A stretch of DNA of 64,000 nt, taken from NCBI GenBank assembly GCA_030141605.1, contig JAQGDQ010000058.1:157852-221851 (forward strand). Reading direction: 5' to 3'. The notes under the pieces were generated by a model that worked only from the letters and a program-made list of their open reading frames with translations, was not told the DNA's origin and made no database searches. Of the stretch, positions 1-23,080 are shown piece by piece. The stretch comes from Tubiluchus corallicola. Its lineage: Eukaryota > Animalia > Priapulida. A program made the translations under genes and the position numbers. Position 1 is the stretch's first letter; each line of letters begins with the position of its first letter.

Positions 1-849
1 ATTCCAAACATTTTTCACAAAGTTGAAACTATGTGCTATAATATAATAAATAGCAAAGGCCCCACAAAAGATTTTGCGTAAAAAACCACGTGTAATCAAT
101 AACACGCGAACATCCTACCTAGTCCTCATTTATAACACAAAGCCCTTAACATCTAGCCTACTGTATGTCTGTTTATCTAACGCAAACCCGTAGCAGGCAG
201 CTTTTTGCTGAATTAAAGTTATAAGATTACAGCAGAGTACAATGGATGACGTCACAACAATGCCTTTGCGTCAGCAGTTTTCTAAGTGAAAATTGCTGAA
301 AATAGAATATCTAATTAACTCGCCAGTACTCCTCTCGGTGGACCTGTCCTAAAATATAGCCCACACCACCGTGTAGCCCTGTCCTTCCTCTTTGTAAAGA
401 GCTATATATCTCCTTCCGAGAGTCCCACCAGGCGCCGCTAGAACGTTTTTTCCACAGGCTGTTTGGTCAAAATTTCGAAAAAATCGCGAGTTGTGTCCGG
501 GAAAACGCCCGTTGCGGGACCCCGTGGCCCTCTCGCGAATTCTAAATAGGCCTATGACACCCATCGCTGAACGGGCTATCTATCCATACCCAGCACCCCC
601 CTTGGCCCATTCCCGTTTTCTACATCTCAGCCATATAACTTTTGCAAAAAACGGCCGAAAAATGGCCATTTTTCGAGGTTTTTCGCCTCCCCTTCCTCGT
701 GGTGGGCCCGATTCGAAAAATAAACCATCAATGAGAAGACACTAGATCGAGACCTTTCGTTTGATATATAGATCGCCGCAAATGGTGCCCTCGTCGAAGC
801 TGTAGCCTCGAATCTTATATATTAAGCCCATACCAAGAATATTAATATA
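1..849 (-). mobile_element. Non-autonomous Helitron-like element (continues beyond window start)
   Basis: Third copy of the core. It has a degenerate terminus (CTAT) at 53-50, and bases 1-50 match 2636-2685, so it runs into the same captured extension as the composite copy. Confidence 0.7.
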
Positions 850-1658
850 CTAGCAAAGGCCCCGCAAAAGATTTTTCGTATAAATACACATGTAATCAAT
901 AATACGCGAACATCCTACCAAGTCCTCATGTATAACGCAAAGCCCGTAACATCCTGCCTACTGTTTGTCTGTTTATCTAACGCAAAGCAGCTTTTACAGA
1001 ATTAAAGTTATAAGATTATAGGCAGAGTACAATGGATGACGTCAGAACAATGGCTTTGCGTCAGCAGTTTTCTAAGCGAAAACTGTCGAAAATAGAACAT
1101 CCAATTAACTGGTCGGTACTCCTCTCGGTGGACCTGCCCTAAAATATAATTCACATCATCGTGTAGCCCTGTCCTTCCTCTTTGTAAAGAGCTATATATC
1201 TCCTTCCGAGAGTCCCACCAGGCGCCGCTAGAGCGTTTTTTCCGCAGGCTGTTTGGTCAAAATTTCGAAAAAATCGCGAGTTGTGTCCGGGAAAACGCCC
1301 GTTGCGGGACCCCGTGGCCCTCTCGCGAATTCTAAATAGGCCTATGACACCCATTGCTGAACGGGCTATCTATCCATACCCAGCACCCCCCTTGGCCCAT
1401 TCCCGTTCTCTACATCTCAGCCGTATAAATTTTGCAAAAAACGGCCGAAAAATGGCCATTTTTCGAGGTTTTTCGCCTCCCCTTCCTCGCGGTGGGCCCG
1501 ATTCGAAAAATAAACAATCAATGAGAAGACACTAGATCGAGACCTTTCGTTTGATATATAGATCGCCGCAAATGGTGCCCTCGTCCGGGCTGTAGCCTCG
1601 AATCTTATTTATAAATAAATATATTAAGATACCAAGAATATTAATATAAGAGTATAGA
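850..1658 (-). mobile_element. Non-autonomous Helitron-like element, core unit
   Basis: Minus-strand 5' TCTATACT at 1658. The 3' end is an imperfect hairpin (plus-strand GCAAAAGATTTTTCG) followed by CTAG|T at 853-849. Highly similar to the neighbouring copies. Confidence 0.75.
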
Positions 1659-1662
1659 TAGA

Positions 1663-3483
1663 CTAGCCAAACCCCACAAAAAGAATTTTGTGCACAAATC
1701 AACACACAACCCACACCACACCACTCCACCTCATCACACCACACTGCACCACACCATACCACTCCACCTCATCGCACCACACTGCACCACACAATACCAC
1801 CACACCATACCACCTACACACCACACCACCCACACCATACCACTCCACCACATCACACCACACTGCACCACACCATACCACTCCACCTCATCGCACCACA
1901 CTGCACCACACAATACCACCACACCGCACCACACCATACCACCTACACACCCACCATACCACTCCACCACATCACACCACACTGCACCACACCATACCAC
2001 TGCACCACCCACACACCACACCACCCACACCATAATACTCTACCACTTCACACCGCACAGCACCACACCATAACACCACACTGCACCACACCACCTACAC
2101 ACCACACCACCCACACCATACCACAACACCACATCACACCACACTGCACCACACCATACCACTGCAGCACACCGCACCACCCACACACCACGCCACCCAC
2201 ACCATACGACTCCACCACATCACACTGCACAGCACCACACCATACCACTGCAGCACACCGTAGCACCCACACACCACACCACCCACACCATACAACTCCA
2301 CCACATCACACCACACTGCACCACACCATACCACTGCACTGCACCACACCGCACCACCCACACCATAATACTCCACCACATCGCACCGCACTGCACCACA
2401 ACACCCACCCACACACCACGCCACCCACTCCATACCACACTACCCACACCACACCTCACACACCCTATCACCCCACCACACCATCCATAGCACAACACAC
2501 AAAGCACACCACCACCACACCACATCAAATCCACCACCTCACGTGGTGATCATGTTGTTGATGATGATGATGATGGTGGCAACGATGATGACACCTATAG
2601 CACAAGCACCAACAGCACAGCATTGCAACAAAACCATTCCAAACATTTTTCACAAAGTTGAAACTATGTGCTATAATATAATAAATAGCAAAGGCCCCGC
2701 AAAAGATTTTGCATAAAAAACCACGTGTAATCAATAATACGCGAACGTCCTACACAGTCCTCATTTATAACACAACGCCCGTAACATCCTGCCTACCGTT
2801 TGTTTAACTAACGCAAACCCGTAGCAGGCAGCTTTTTGCTGAATTAAAGTTATAAGATTACAGCAGAGTACAATGGATGGCGTCACAACAATGCCTTTGC
2901 GTCAACAGTTTTCTAAGCGAAAATTGCCGAAAATAGAACTCCTAATTAACTGGTCGGTACTTCTCTCGGTGGACCTGCCCTAACATATAGCCCACATCAT
3001 CGTGTAGCCCCGTTCTTCCTCTTTGTAAAGAGCCCCATATCTCCTTCCTAGAGTCCCACCGGGCGACGCTAGAACGATTTTTCGAAAAAATCGCGAGTTG
3101 GGTCCGGGAAAACGCCCGTTGCGGGACCCCGTGGCCCTCTCGGGAACTCTAAATAGGCCTACGACACCCACCGCTGAACGGGCTATCTATCCACACCCAG
3201 CACCACCCTCGGCCCATTCCAGTTCTCCACATCTCAGCCGTATAACTTTTGCAAAAAACGGCCGAAAAATGGCCATTTTTGGAGGTTTTTCGCTCCCCGT
3301 TTCTCCCGGTGGGCCCGATTCGAAAAATAAACCCCCAATGAGACGACACTAGATCGAGACCTTTCGTTTGATGTATAGATCGCCGCAAATGGTGCCCTCG
3401 TCGAAGCTGTAGCCTCGAATCTTATATATAAATAAATATATATATATATATATATACCAAGAATATTAATATAAGAGTATAGA
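1663..3483 (-). mobile_element. Composite non-autonomous Helitron-like element (about 800-bp core plus captured CACCA minisatellite)
   Basis: On the minus strand it starts A|TCTATACTC at 3483 and ends with a CACAAAA..TTTTGTG hairpin followed by CTAG at 1666-1663. Core 2685-3483 is similar to 850-1658 and 50-849. No Rep/helicase ORF. Confidence 0.75.
1700..2540. repeat. C/A-rich degenerate minisatellite built from CACCA/CACCATAC/CACTG units
   Basis: Directly visible low-complexity array with repeated higher-order blocks (e.g. cactccacctcatcgcaccacactgcaccacacaataccac twice). It explains the His/Thr/Pro and Val/Trp/Cys/Gly junk ORFs. Confidence 0.9.
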
Positions 3484-5510
3484 TATGAAAGGTTAAAAAT
3501 GTACGTACACAAGTATTATATTTTTATTAAAATGTGGTACTGTATACATAAATATAGGTTTTCAATTCCTATTTTACATCCATAGCATAATAGCGTATTT
3601 TATATACACAGGAATATAAGCTTTGTAACTTTTTATACAACTGGTTTTAGTATGTGCTTAGATGTGTCCTGACAAGCTGACTTTTTGCTACAATCTGCAT
3701 GCTATTTTCATTTGTGATTTTGTCCAAAATTTCTAATAACCTGGGAATTAGTGAAATTTAGCAAGGTGACAAATTTAAAAAAATTGTTTTTTGTGAAAAG
3801 TGTATTCAAATGTCACTGGTTTGTGCAGTTCACAATCCTGCAAAATTTGAAATTTCTATAGTGATTTTTTTTCAGATAATGACAAACAAAACTACACGCC
3901 TCTGTGCTACAAGTAGTATAGAATATTTTTGAGGAGCTAATACCACAGTGTGGTACAAAAATCAATCAAAAAAAATATAGCTACCAAAAGATCGCATTGT
4001 GTCTGAGAGCCAATGTATTCATTGTACAGAGGGTAGTGAGAATGACAGCCAACAGCTTTAAAACGTATGCAAAGATACTGGGTAATGTCAAAATGCAGTA
4101 TTAAGTCATTAATATTAAACCACCCAATAGCTAACATGTACACACATGTATATTATCTATACAATAACCGATATACATGTCAACAACCCTTTAACAAACC
4201 AGCATTATGTAACAAGCGACTAGAGTAAGCCTAGACGTTTCAGGCATAATACAAAATTTGTGCATTCTAATACTTCGTTTCATTGGCTTTATAATGGAAC
4301 TGATTATTAAAACCAACTGAAATAAATTAATTGTAACAGCAAAGTCTTGTGTAATACAGATCAGTGATGACTGCGTTGCACTCGCCGGACTTGCCAAGGT
4401 TTGGTATAAAATTGCGATACATTTCAACATGCTCTTAACATATGGTAACTTTGGTTGGACCAACTTATCGCTAAAATCTTGAACAAGATGTCTTGAACAA
4501 GAACAATCTTGAACATAGATGAATATTTAACATACAAGATTTGAGCCAATCCAACTAATCTCTGCACATTCATATACAGAATTGAACAATTAAGTGTAAC
4601 AATGAATGGTAGAATTAATCATATAGATAGTACGTACCACACACAAAGCCATAGTTGACATATTTGGCAAGTAAGTTTTCCAGCCAGGTGCAGCATAACA
4701 GTTTAACAGCAACACAGTCTTGACATTATGACTAACCTAAGTTCAAAAGGTAGTACTACCAAACAGAATAACTGTTGCACTCGTATGACACACTAAAAAC
4801 CAAAAAGGACAGATGCTTGGTAAAAATAACATCTATAATGACTATATGTATATGACTACATACATATACTATATGTTCCATGACTCCATGTTTTGAGGTT
4901 CCTCGTCAGTTGCTCTCTGACAAGTCCTTACTATACAAGTTCGGCTAAGCGACAACAAAAATATCAAATAGAGTAGACTGACATTCTGTTTTATGCAACT
5001 CATGTTACTCTAAAGCCACAAGCACAAGGAAGTGCGACTATCAATATTCATATATTGTGAACATTTTTCTTACTGTTATAGTTGCTGTCAGAAAGAAAAG
5101 TGGCTGCAAGAACCTCAAGCTTGTACACAAACTTAATGTCAACCACTGTGGCAATTTGGATGGGTTGTCAATACAATGGTGGCAGCCAGGTAACTTCTTT
5201 CACTACAAGCTGTGCATACATAATGCAGGTAAATGTGATGCAGAGGTAGCACAAAAGGTGCCCTATTCTTACTAATAAGAATGTCCCCTCTGGCCAACAC
5301 TGAATGAAATTTTCTCACAGTGTAGGTCTATAAAAGTACGTTTTTACTGAAACATATTGTGTTTCAAATATATTTATCATAAGTTCACACTGTAAGAAAA
5401 TTTTATTCACTTTTGTGAAAGAGAAAATGTGGTAAAAATGGCAAGTTTAATTACACACTCGTACATTAGCAGTTAAGAGTTAACTGAGTTAATATATGCA
5501 CAGTTAATAC

Positions 5511-17168
<11,658 letters not shown>

Positions 17169-19399
17169 TGTTCTGAAAAAGATATTCTTTAAATGTTCAA
17201 GTATGGTTTTAAGGGTTTGCTTTAAAGAAAGGTAGTCTGTAGTGTTTCCATCGGGTAAGTACATGAGCTATTACCCTCATTGTGTATTACACAAATTGAT
17301 AATTTTACCCGAACAACAATGAAAATGCAGACATTAACATTAATACGATATCCATTGTTTACAAATTTAAAATTCAAATGTCAAATGCTGCTGAGCATTT
17401 CTATAGTAGGTACCTATTACTGGCTATTAGCAAACTATTAACTGCTGTGTTGGCAGTGCGCCAGGCCAACAGAAGAAGTTTATGACAAATATTTCACATT
17501 TCTAGATTGGTCAGCAGCTTCACTAGTTAGCAGGTGCACAGAATGGCTTCAGCGAAGAATAGAATGTGTAAGAGTACTTTACATGTGTTGAAAGTACGCA
17601 AACACATTAGAGTTGGTTACTAGTAAATTATAAGGCTCCTACTCATTGTTACTTGAACTACTTCTTACGAAAGTCAGCAGCAATGATCTCTATCAGTGCA
17701 GATGAAACCACTTTTGCTGCAGAGGTGGCCTACAAAAACAAACTACAAAAAACAAACAACAAACTTAAAAAACCATTTCAAGGCACTAATAAATGGATTG
17801 TTAAAGGAAAACCAGACCCGATCCTAAATTACGGCTCAAAAACATCTATCCTATAAAATGATGAAAGGGAACATTTTATTTTTTCAAGAATGACTTGCGT
17901 GAAAGAATTATTAACACAGAAAGAAATTGTGCACTTGCGAGATTAGTTCTTCGCCGTTACATATATTTTGCCATTCGTATTTAGACGGGTACTAGAACCT
18001 ACATCTCGGAAACGTGGTACACAAAAATAGGTGTTGTACCGCTCAGCTCAAAGATGTTCAGATGTGATGCAGTCACACATTTGAGAGTTCATGAGTGATC
18101 ACAGCTGTAAATGCAAAATTTAAATTTTGAACTTAAAGTGTGCGGAATTTTTGCATAAGTTACTACACTGAATATCGTACAGTAGCACAGTAGTGCTCTT
18201 ACATGATGCAAGGAAATGAATACTTCATTTGCAATTTATATAGGGCTAGAGTTTGTTTGTTAAATGAATGTAAAATGATGCATTTTACATTATATCATTT
18301 GACTTAATACCCTCTAAACTCTTAAAATGTATCAAGGTCACTACAAGAACAACAGAAAAACTACTTTGGTCAAAGTAATCATATTAGTACTAGTAAGTAG
18401 TAGATGTCAACGGTTCTTTAAACCGAGTGCTCGTACAGACACACAGAAAAAACAATCTCTTCACACAAAGAGTGATATCATCAGGGCGTAACTTTAATGA
18501 AAGTATTACTAGTGCCAACAACATCTGAAGCTGAATTATCAATGACGTTCAGGAGCTGAAGATCGCCATCAAATAAATCAAGTAACAGGGGGATTCATGG
18601 CCAATTCTCAAGGATTCATTTGTCAAAAAGCCAAGAACCTCTGGTTTGAAATAAGAGTCCAGCGTCTACTAGTGAAACCAATAAAATTACATTTTTTGTT
18701 GATAGCAGAGGGATATTTATATAAAACACAACAATTTATTTGATTTTCTTCTTACAGTTACAGTACTTTCAACCATATTTTTATTGCAAAACCTTGGAAG
18801 AACTTGACGCACGATGATTTTAGCTGTGTCCCAGTTTTAAGTTTCAGGACGCTCACATGTTCAAGCAAGAAAACAATGACAACGTAATTTCTTCCTGCAA
18901 CGAAATTAAATGATCAGAAACGAAGGAAAGTTATGCAGTTAAAAAGGGTGTAATGCAGGAAGTGTAGAAAAGGTGTAATTATGAAACAAAATGAAAGAAA
19001 TCTACTGTTTCTTTCATTCGTGTACTCATCGTGCAATGCATATCATATCAAATCATATAAGTTCGCTGAACTTGTGTGCTGTTGGGCAAAACTATTATTT
19101 AAATTGCGGTATGGCACAGAGACAATTTGGGTCAATATGCTCCTGAGCAAACCTGGCCAAGTTGTATTGTGCAAAAATTTGTCAAGTCAAATAATTCAAA
19201 TACAATAATGTATTCATTACCAAATCAGTATGTGCAAACCAGATCCTCGAGATGCAAATGTGAATACCAAACTTACCAATCACTGGGTCAAAAGTTCACA
19301 GGTCAAAAGTGCCTAAACTGTCTAGTGTCTATGACAGATGTGCAGGTTTATAATATATTATAATATTAATCATATTAATAATAATTATAGCCCAAGCAG

Positions 19400-19791
19400 T
19401 AGGGGTGAGCATTCTGTACCAAAAAACGAATTCGAATCGAATAAAATTTCTGACTTTCGAATTCGAATCGAACAGAACTTTAGTATATCGAATTCGAATT
19501 GAGAATGAATGATTTTGAAACAAGTTTTCGAGCCACCAGTAAAAATTAGTCTTACAAACATCATGCACATTACTCGATTTTGTTCTGCAGTGAAACCACT
19601 AATAATTTGTTTAAAATTGTATACAAAAATCACAGCTAAATTATGCAAATCGCATGATGTTTCAATCGTTTTAATGATAAAGAACGTATGTGATTGAAGT
19701 GCTGAATTATTCAAATCAATAGTTTTAGGTTTGAATTGCATTCGGATTAAAAAACCCGTCCGAATTACATTTGAACATATGATGCTCACTA
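19400..19791. mobile_element. MITE (TAGGGGTGAG ends, TTCGAA/GAATC-rich), copy 1
   Basis: Aligns along its length with 20839-21233. hAT-like TAGGG terminus; right end degenerate. Confidence 0.65.
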
Positions 19792-19845
19792 AGCAGCAAA
19801 ACATCACTTTGCTCACATTAGTCATTCTTTTTCTTCTCTTCCAGT

Positions 19846-19857
19846 TCTCTCTCTCTT

Positions 19858-19899
<42 letters not shown>
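19846..19899. repeat. (CT)n microsatellite
   Basis: Visible CT run. Confidence 0.9.
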
Positions 19900-19904
<5 letters not shown>

Positions 19905-20838
19905 AGTTATTTTACATTGGTCTATGAAATTTAATATTTAAAGAACATGAGTCTAAGGCAGTATTGTTTTCACTACTGATATCATGTCACTCAGAGAAAT
20001 TTTACCATTCATACTGGTTTTAAATGACTTAAAATCGACTGTTTTGAAAAATGATTTTTTTGAAAAATGCTCTCTTAACTAATAGATGTCCTATGGGCAC
20101 AACAATCTAAATGATGTAAAAAATCATATAGTCTAAATAGTACAAGTCGAGAAAAAGTGTGGGCACCTATGTAGAGTATTTATGGCCATTTGCTTCAAGA
20201 GTACGCCAATTTCTCTTGATCAAATTAATCGTTAATTGTGCATGACGTCCGTTATTGTTTTATTAGCATTTTGTTCTCAGCACTTGCATCATACATTGTC
20301 TGCATTGCAAACCACTTTAAGTAACTAGAAACTCATATTTTTTGTACACGAAGGAGCCATGTAGGCTCTAGGATCCTACATGGTGTTTGTAAAGTGCAGA
20401 CCATAATTTCGACAGCAACTGTCATTGTCAATGCTAGGAATCAGGCCAAAACAAGTGTGGTAATTATTATCTTTTTGGGTTGATTTTTCTGTCAAAAGAA
20501 TCATCTGCACTTAATAAACATGATGTTAATCTTCTTTTATTGTCACCTTGCTCTCATCGTTTACATCAAACATTGTGTTTATCGTAAATCCACTTTGCAT
20601 AAATAAGGTTTAAACTAAACTATAGTAATTCTATTAATTTAATATTAATTGATAGTAAGGCAAAACAAGCATATATTACAAATCTCAGAAGTTTCCTCAT
20701 TTCTGATTTTTTAAGCTTATATTTGTGTGTACATTTTGAATTTCAACAAGAAAAAATAGCCAGGCAAAACTATTTACTGTATCTGACTAGTGATTAATAA
20801 AAAGTGAAAAAAGGGACTAAAGGAGCACTGGTAAGTAC

Positions 20839-21233
20839 AAGAGGTGAGCATTCTCTACCAGAAAGCATATTCGAATCGAATCGAATTTGTGACTTTTGAA
20901 TTCAAATCGAATTTGGCTTGAATTTGAAAGATTTTCAAACAAGTTTTCAAACTACCTGTAAAAAGCGGTCTTGCAAAGATCATGGATATTACTTGATTTT
21001 GTTCAGCAGTAAAGCTACTAATAATTTATTTAAAAATTTTGCACAGAAATTGCAGCTAAATTGTGCTAATTGCATGATGTTTCAAACGGCTTATTAATAA
21101 AGAACATAATGATTGTAGTGCTGAATTATTTTAATATATAATTTTATGTTCGAACCGTATCCGAACTAAGGAAACTCGTTCGAGTCGAATTAGAATGTTC
21201 GAATTCGATTCGAGCGAGTTTTTCTCACCCCTA
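20839..21233. mobile_element. MITE (TAGGGGTGAG ends), copy 2
   Basis: Right end CTCACCCCTA. Direct-orientation homologue of 19400-19791. Confidence 0.65.
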
Positions 21234-21499
21234 CTAGTAACTACTAGTAGTAATGTGTAAGTCTGATGCCATAAGAGAATAGCAGGTCATAGATTTAAAT
21301 ATTCACATCAAGTCAAAAAGCAGTTGCCGCGGAAGAAGATAATATTAATCCGCAGCATTAAATGGTATTCTAAACAATAGGAAAATGTTTGAGTCTCATG
21401 CTCTAAGTTAATAGAAACGTAATTTCTAACACCACTGCGGTTATTAATTATACAATATAGTGCACTATTAAATACAACTTGAGGATTTTATTGAAAATC

Positions 21500-21700
21500 T
21501 TTTTGAATAATCCGAAGGTGGCGGTGATGTGTCCAAAACAGTCCCACTGCCGAGCTTTTGTTTGGTGTCATGAAAATCGCACCCACTGGCAGCCATTTTG
21601 TTAAATTTAATTTTTAAATATATTACATCGTAATGTGGCTTATTGGAAGTAGAAGGGAATAGCTGAAAAGTGTTTTGTGACGGAAAAGTAATTCTTCTAC
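21500..21700. promoter_or_regulatory. Putative bidirectional promoter between WDR37 (-) and INO80D (+)
   Basis: The two genes diverge across this region. YY1-like CAGCCATTTTG at 21590-21600. Plus-strand donor GTAAGT at 21823 and a short flanked exon at 21900-21940 lie immediately downstream. Confidence 0.5.
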
Positions 21701-21899
21701 AGTTTGGTACTTCAATTTTTGTACTCTCTTCGATGATTTCCCAAAAGTTAACAAGCATTTTTGTTGCAATGATTTGTTGTCTACTGTACGTTTTCAGTAA
21801 TTTAGTACCTCTGCATTTTATCGTAAGTAAGCACAAACACTAATTTTTATCAGTTGATATTTTTTATTGCGTATGTACAATATTTCATTTGAATTTTAG

Positions 21900-21940
21900 G
21901 ACGGAGTTGAGAGGTTAGAAAGCAGATATGATTAGCCTAG
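21900..21940 (+). other. INO80D: Putative non-coding 5' UTR exon of INO80D
   Basis: TTTTAG acceptor at 21899 and GTAAGT donor at 21941, preceded by a 77-bp intron 21823-21899. Confidence 0.55.
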
Positions 21941-22329
21941 GTAAGTTAAATTCTTAAAAAGCTGTTAATTGGGTATACGTTTTACCAAAAAACGATACAC
22001 CGAAATCTTAGTTCAAATAGTTTATAATTTCATGAGCACGCAACTTATTGTAATTAATTGTAGTTGTTCAAGTTCTTTATTTGGAATCGTCACTGTAAGG
22101 CAACAATGTTATAATATAAAATTCTAGATTTCACAAATCGTGGGTTCTGGCTTTTTCAAAAAATGTACTAACAAGCTTGTGCATTTGTTACACCAAGGTT
22201 ACTACCATTCCAGTTTAGCCATTTTTGAGCTTTTGGAATTATCGATTGAAGACTGAAGATGCATATTGTTGGTGTATTTTCATACTGGATTGTATTTGTA
22301 TATTTATCTTGGTGTACTACCCATCTTGG

Positions 22330-23065
22330 GGCACTATTACACCTTCGTACCGCCTAGTTTTTTCTGGCCTATTGGTTGTTTTCACGCCTGCAGGCCAGAA
22401 AGCAGACCAACAGGCGTAATATACACCATATTCCCATAATATTATTGGTTTTTAGACCTTAAAATTTCAGATTAAAATCATACATTACTTACCGTCACAA
22501 TCACGCAAAAAGGTTCACGTGAATAACTGTGTTTACACCACTAATGCGCAATCGCTCTCGCGCAGTGACGATGTGGCCCTTAACATGTATTTTTAGTTTC
22601 TTTGCATAATTTATGATTATTAGGGTTGCAGCCACGGGACCCAAGCTGGCATATACGAGGAAATTATTTTAGACCACTACAGTTATTTATCATTAATATT
22701 ATTTATTACTGTAGTATTATAACTATTAGATTATAAAAAAGTAAAGGTTTTTTCTTTATTTCGTAAATGCGGTCAAGATGAAAGTTTGTCACATGCTCTT
22801 AAGCTAGGCCCTGATAATGCACAAACTAGTACGAAATTCGTCACGTGACTACACACACAAACAAGATGGCGATACGAACTGTATAGGTGTAGAACTGTGA
22901 ATACAACGTAATTATTGGTAATTATACCTAAATATATGATTAAATTACCACAAGATTAGCGGAAACAGTCACTGATGACGTGAGAATAATAGAATAATGA
23001 CCTACGAGCCTAGAAACGAGTAATAACCTAGAAAAAACTAGGCGGTGCGAAAGTGTAGTAGCGCC
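22330..23065. mobile_element. Merlin/IS1016-like MITE
   Basis: About 38-bp imperfect TIRs GGCACTATTACACCTTCGTACCGCCTAGTTTTTTCT / AGAAAAAACTAGGCGGTGCGAAAGTGTAGTAGCGCC with a perfect 8-bp TSD CATCTTGG (22322-22329, 23066-23073). Confidence 0.75.
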
Positions 23066-23080
23066 CATCTTGGTGTATTG

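Noticed and set aside
1688-2734. His/Thr/Pro-rich and Val/Trp/Cys-rich ORFs; CRISPR-like or telomeric array
   Set aside because: These are translations of a low-complexity minisatellite. There is no constant repeat with unique spacers, no cas genes and no TTAGGG units.
349-3512. Repeated 63-92 aa ORFs (MCPGKRPLRDP..., MGVIGLFRIRE...) as a small-protein or toxin-antitoxin system
   Set aside because: They recur only because the DNA unit is repeated. Several use non-ATG starts, they have no recognisable domain, and the context is a eukaryotic non-autonomous element.
17801-18140. Kolobok-like element (TTAA|AGG start)
   Set aside because: No matching inverted right end was found.
21468-21836. 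122-aa minus-strand ORF (…MAASGCDFHD…) as an N-terminal WDR37 exon
   Set aside because: No good donor gives an in-frame join to the MPTE exon, which already matches the expected WDR37 start.
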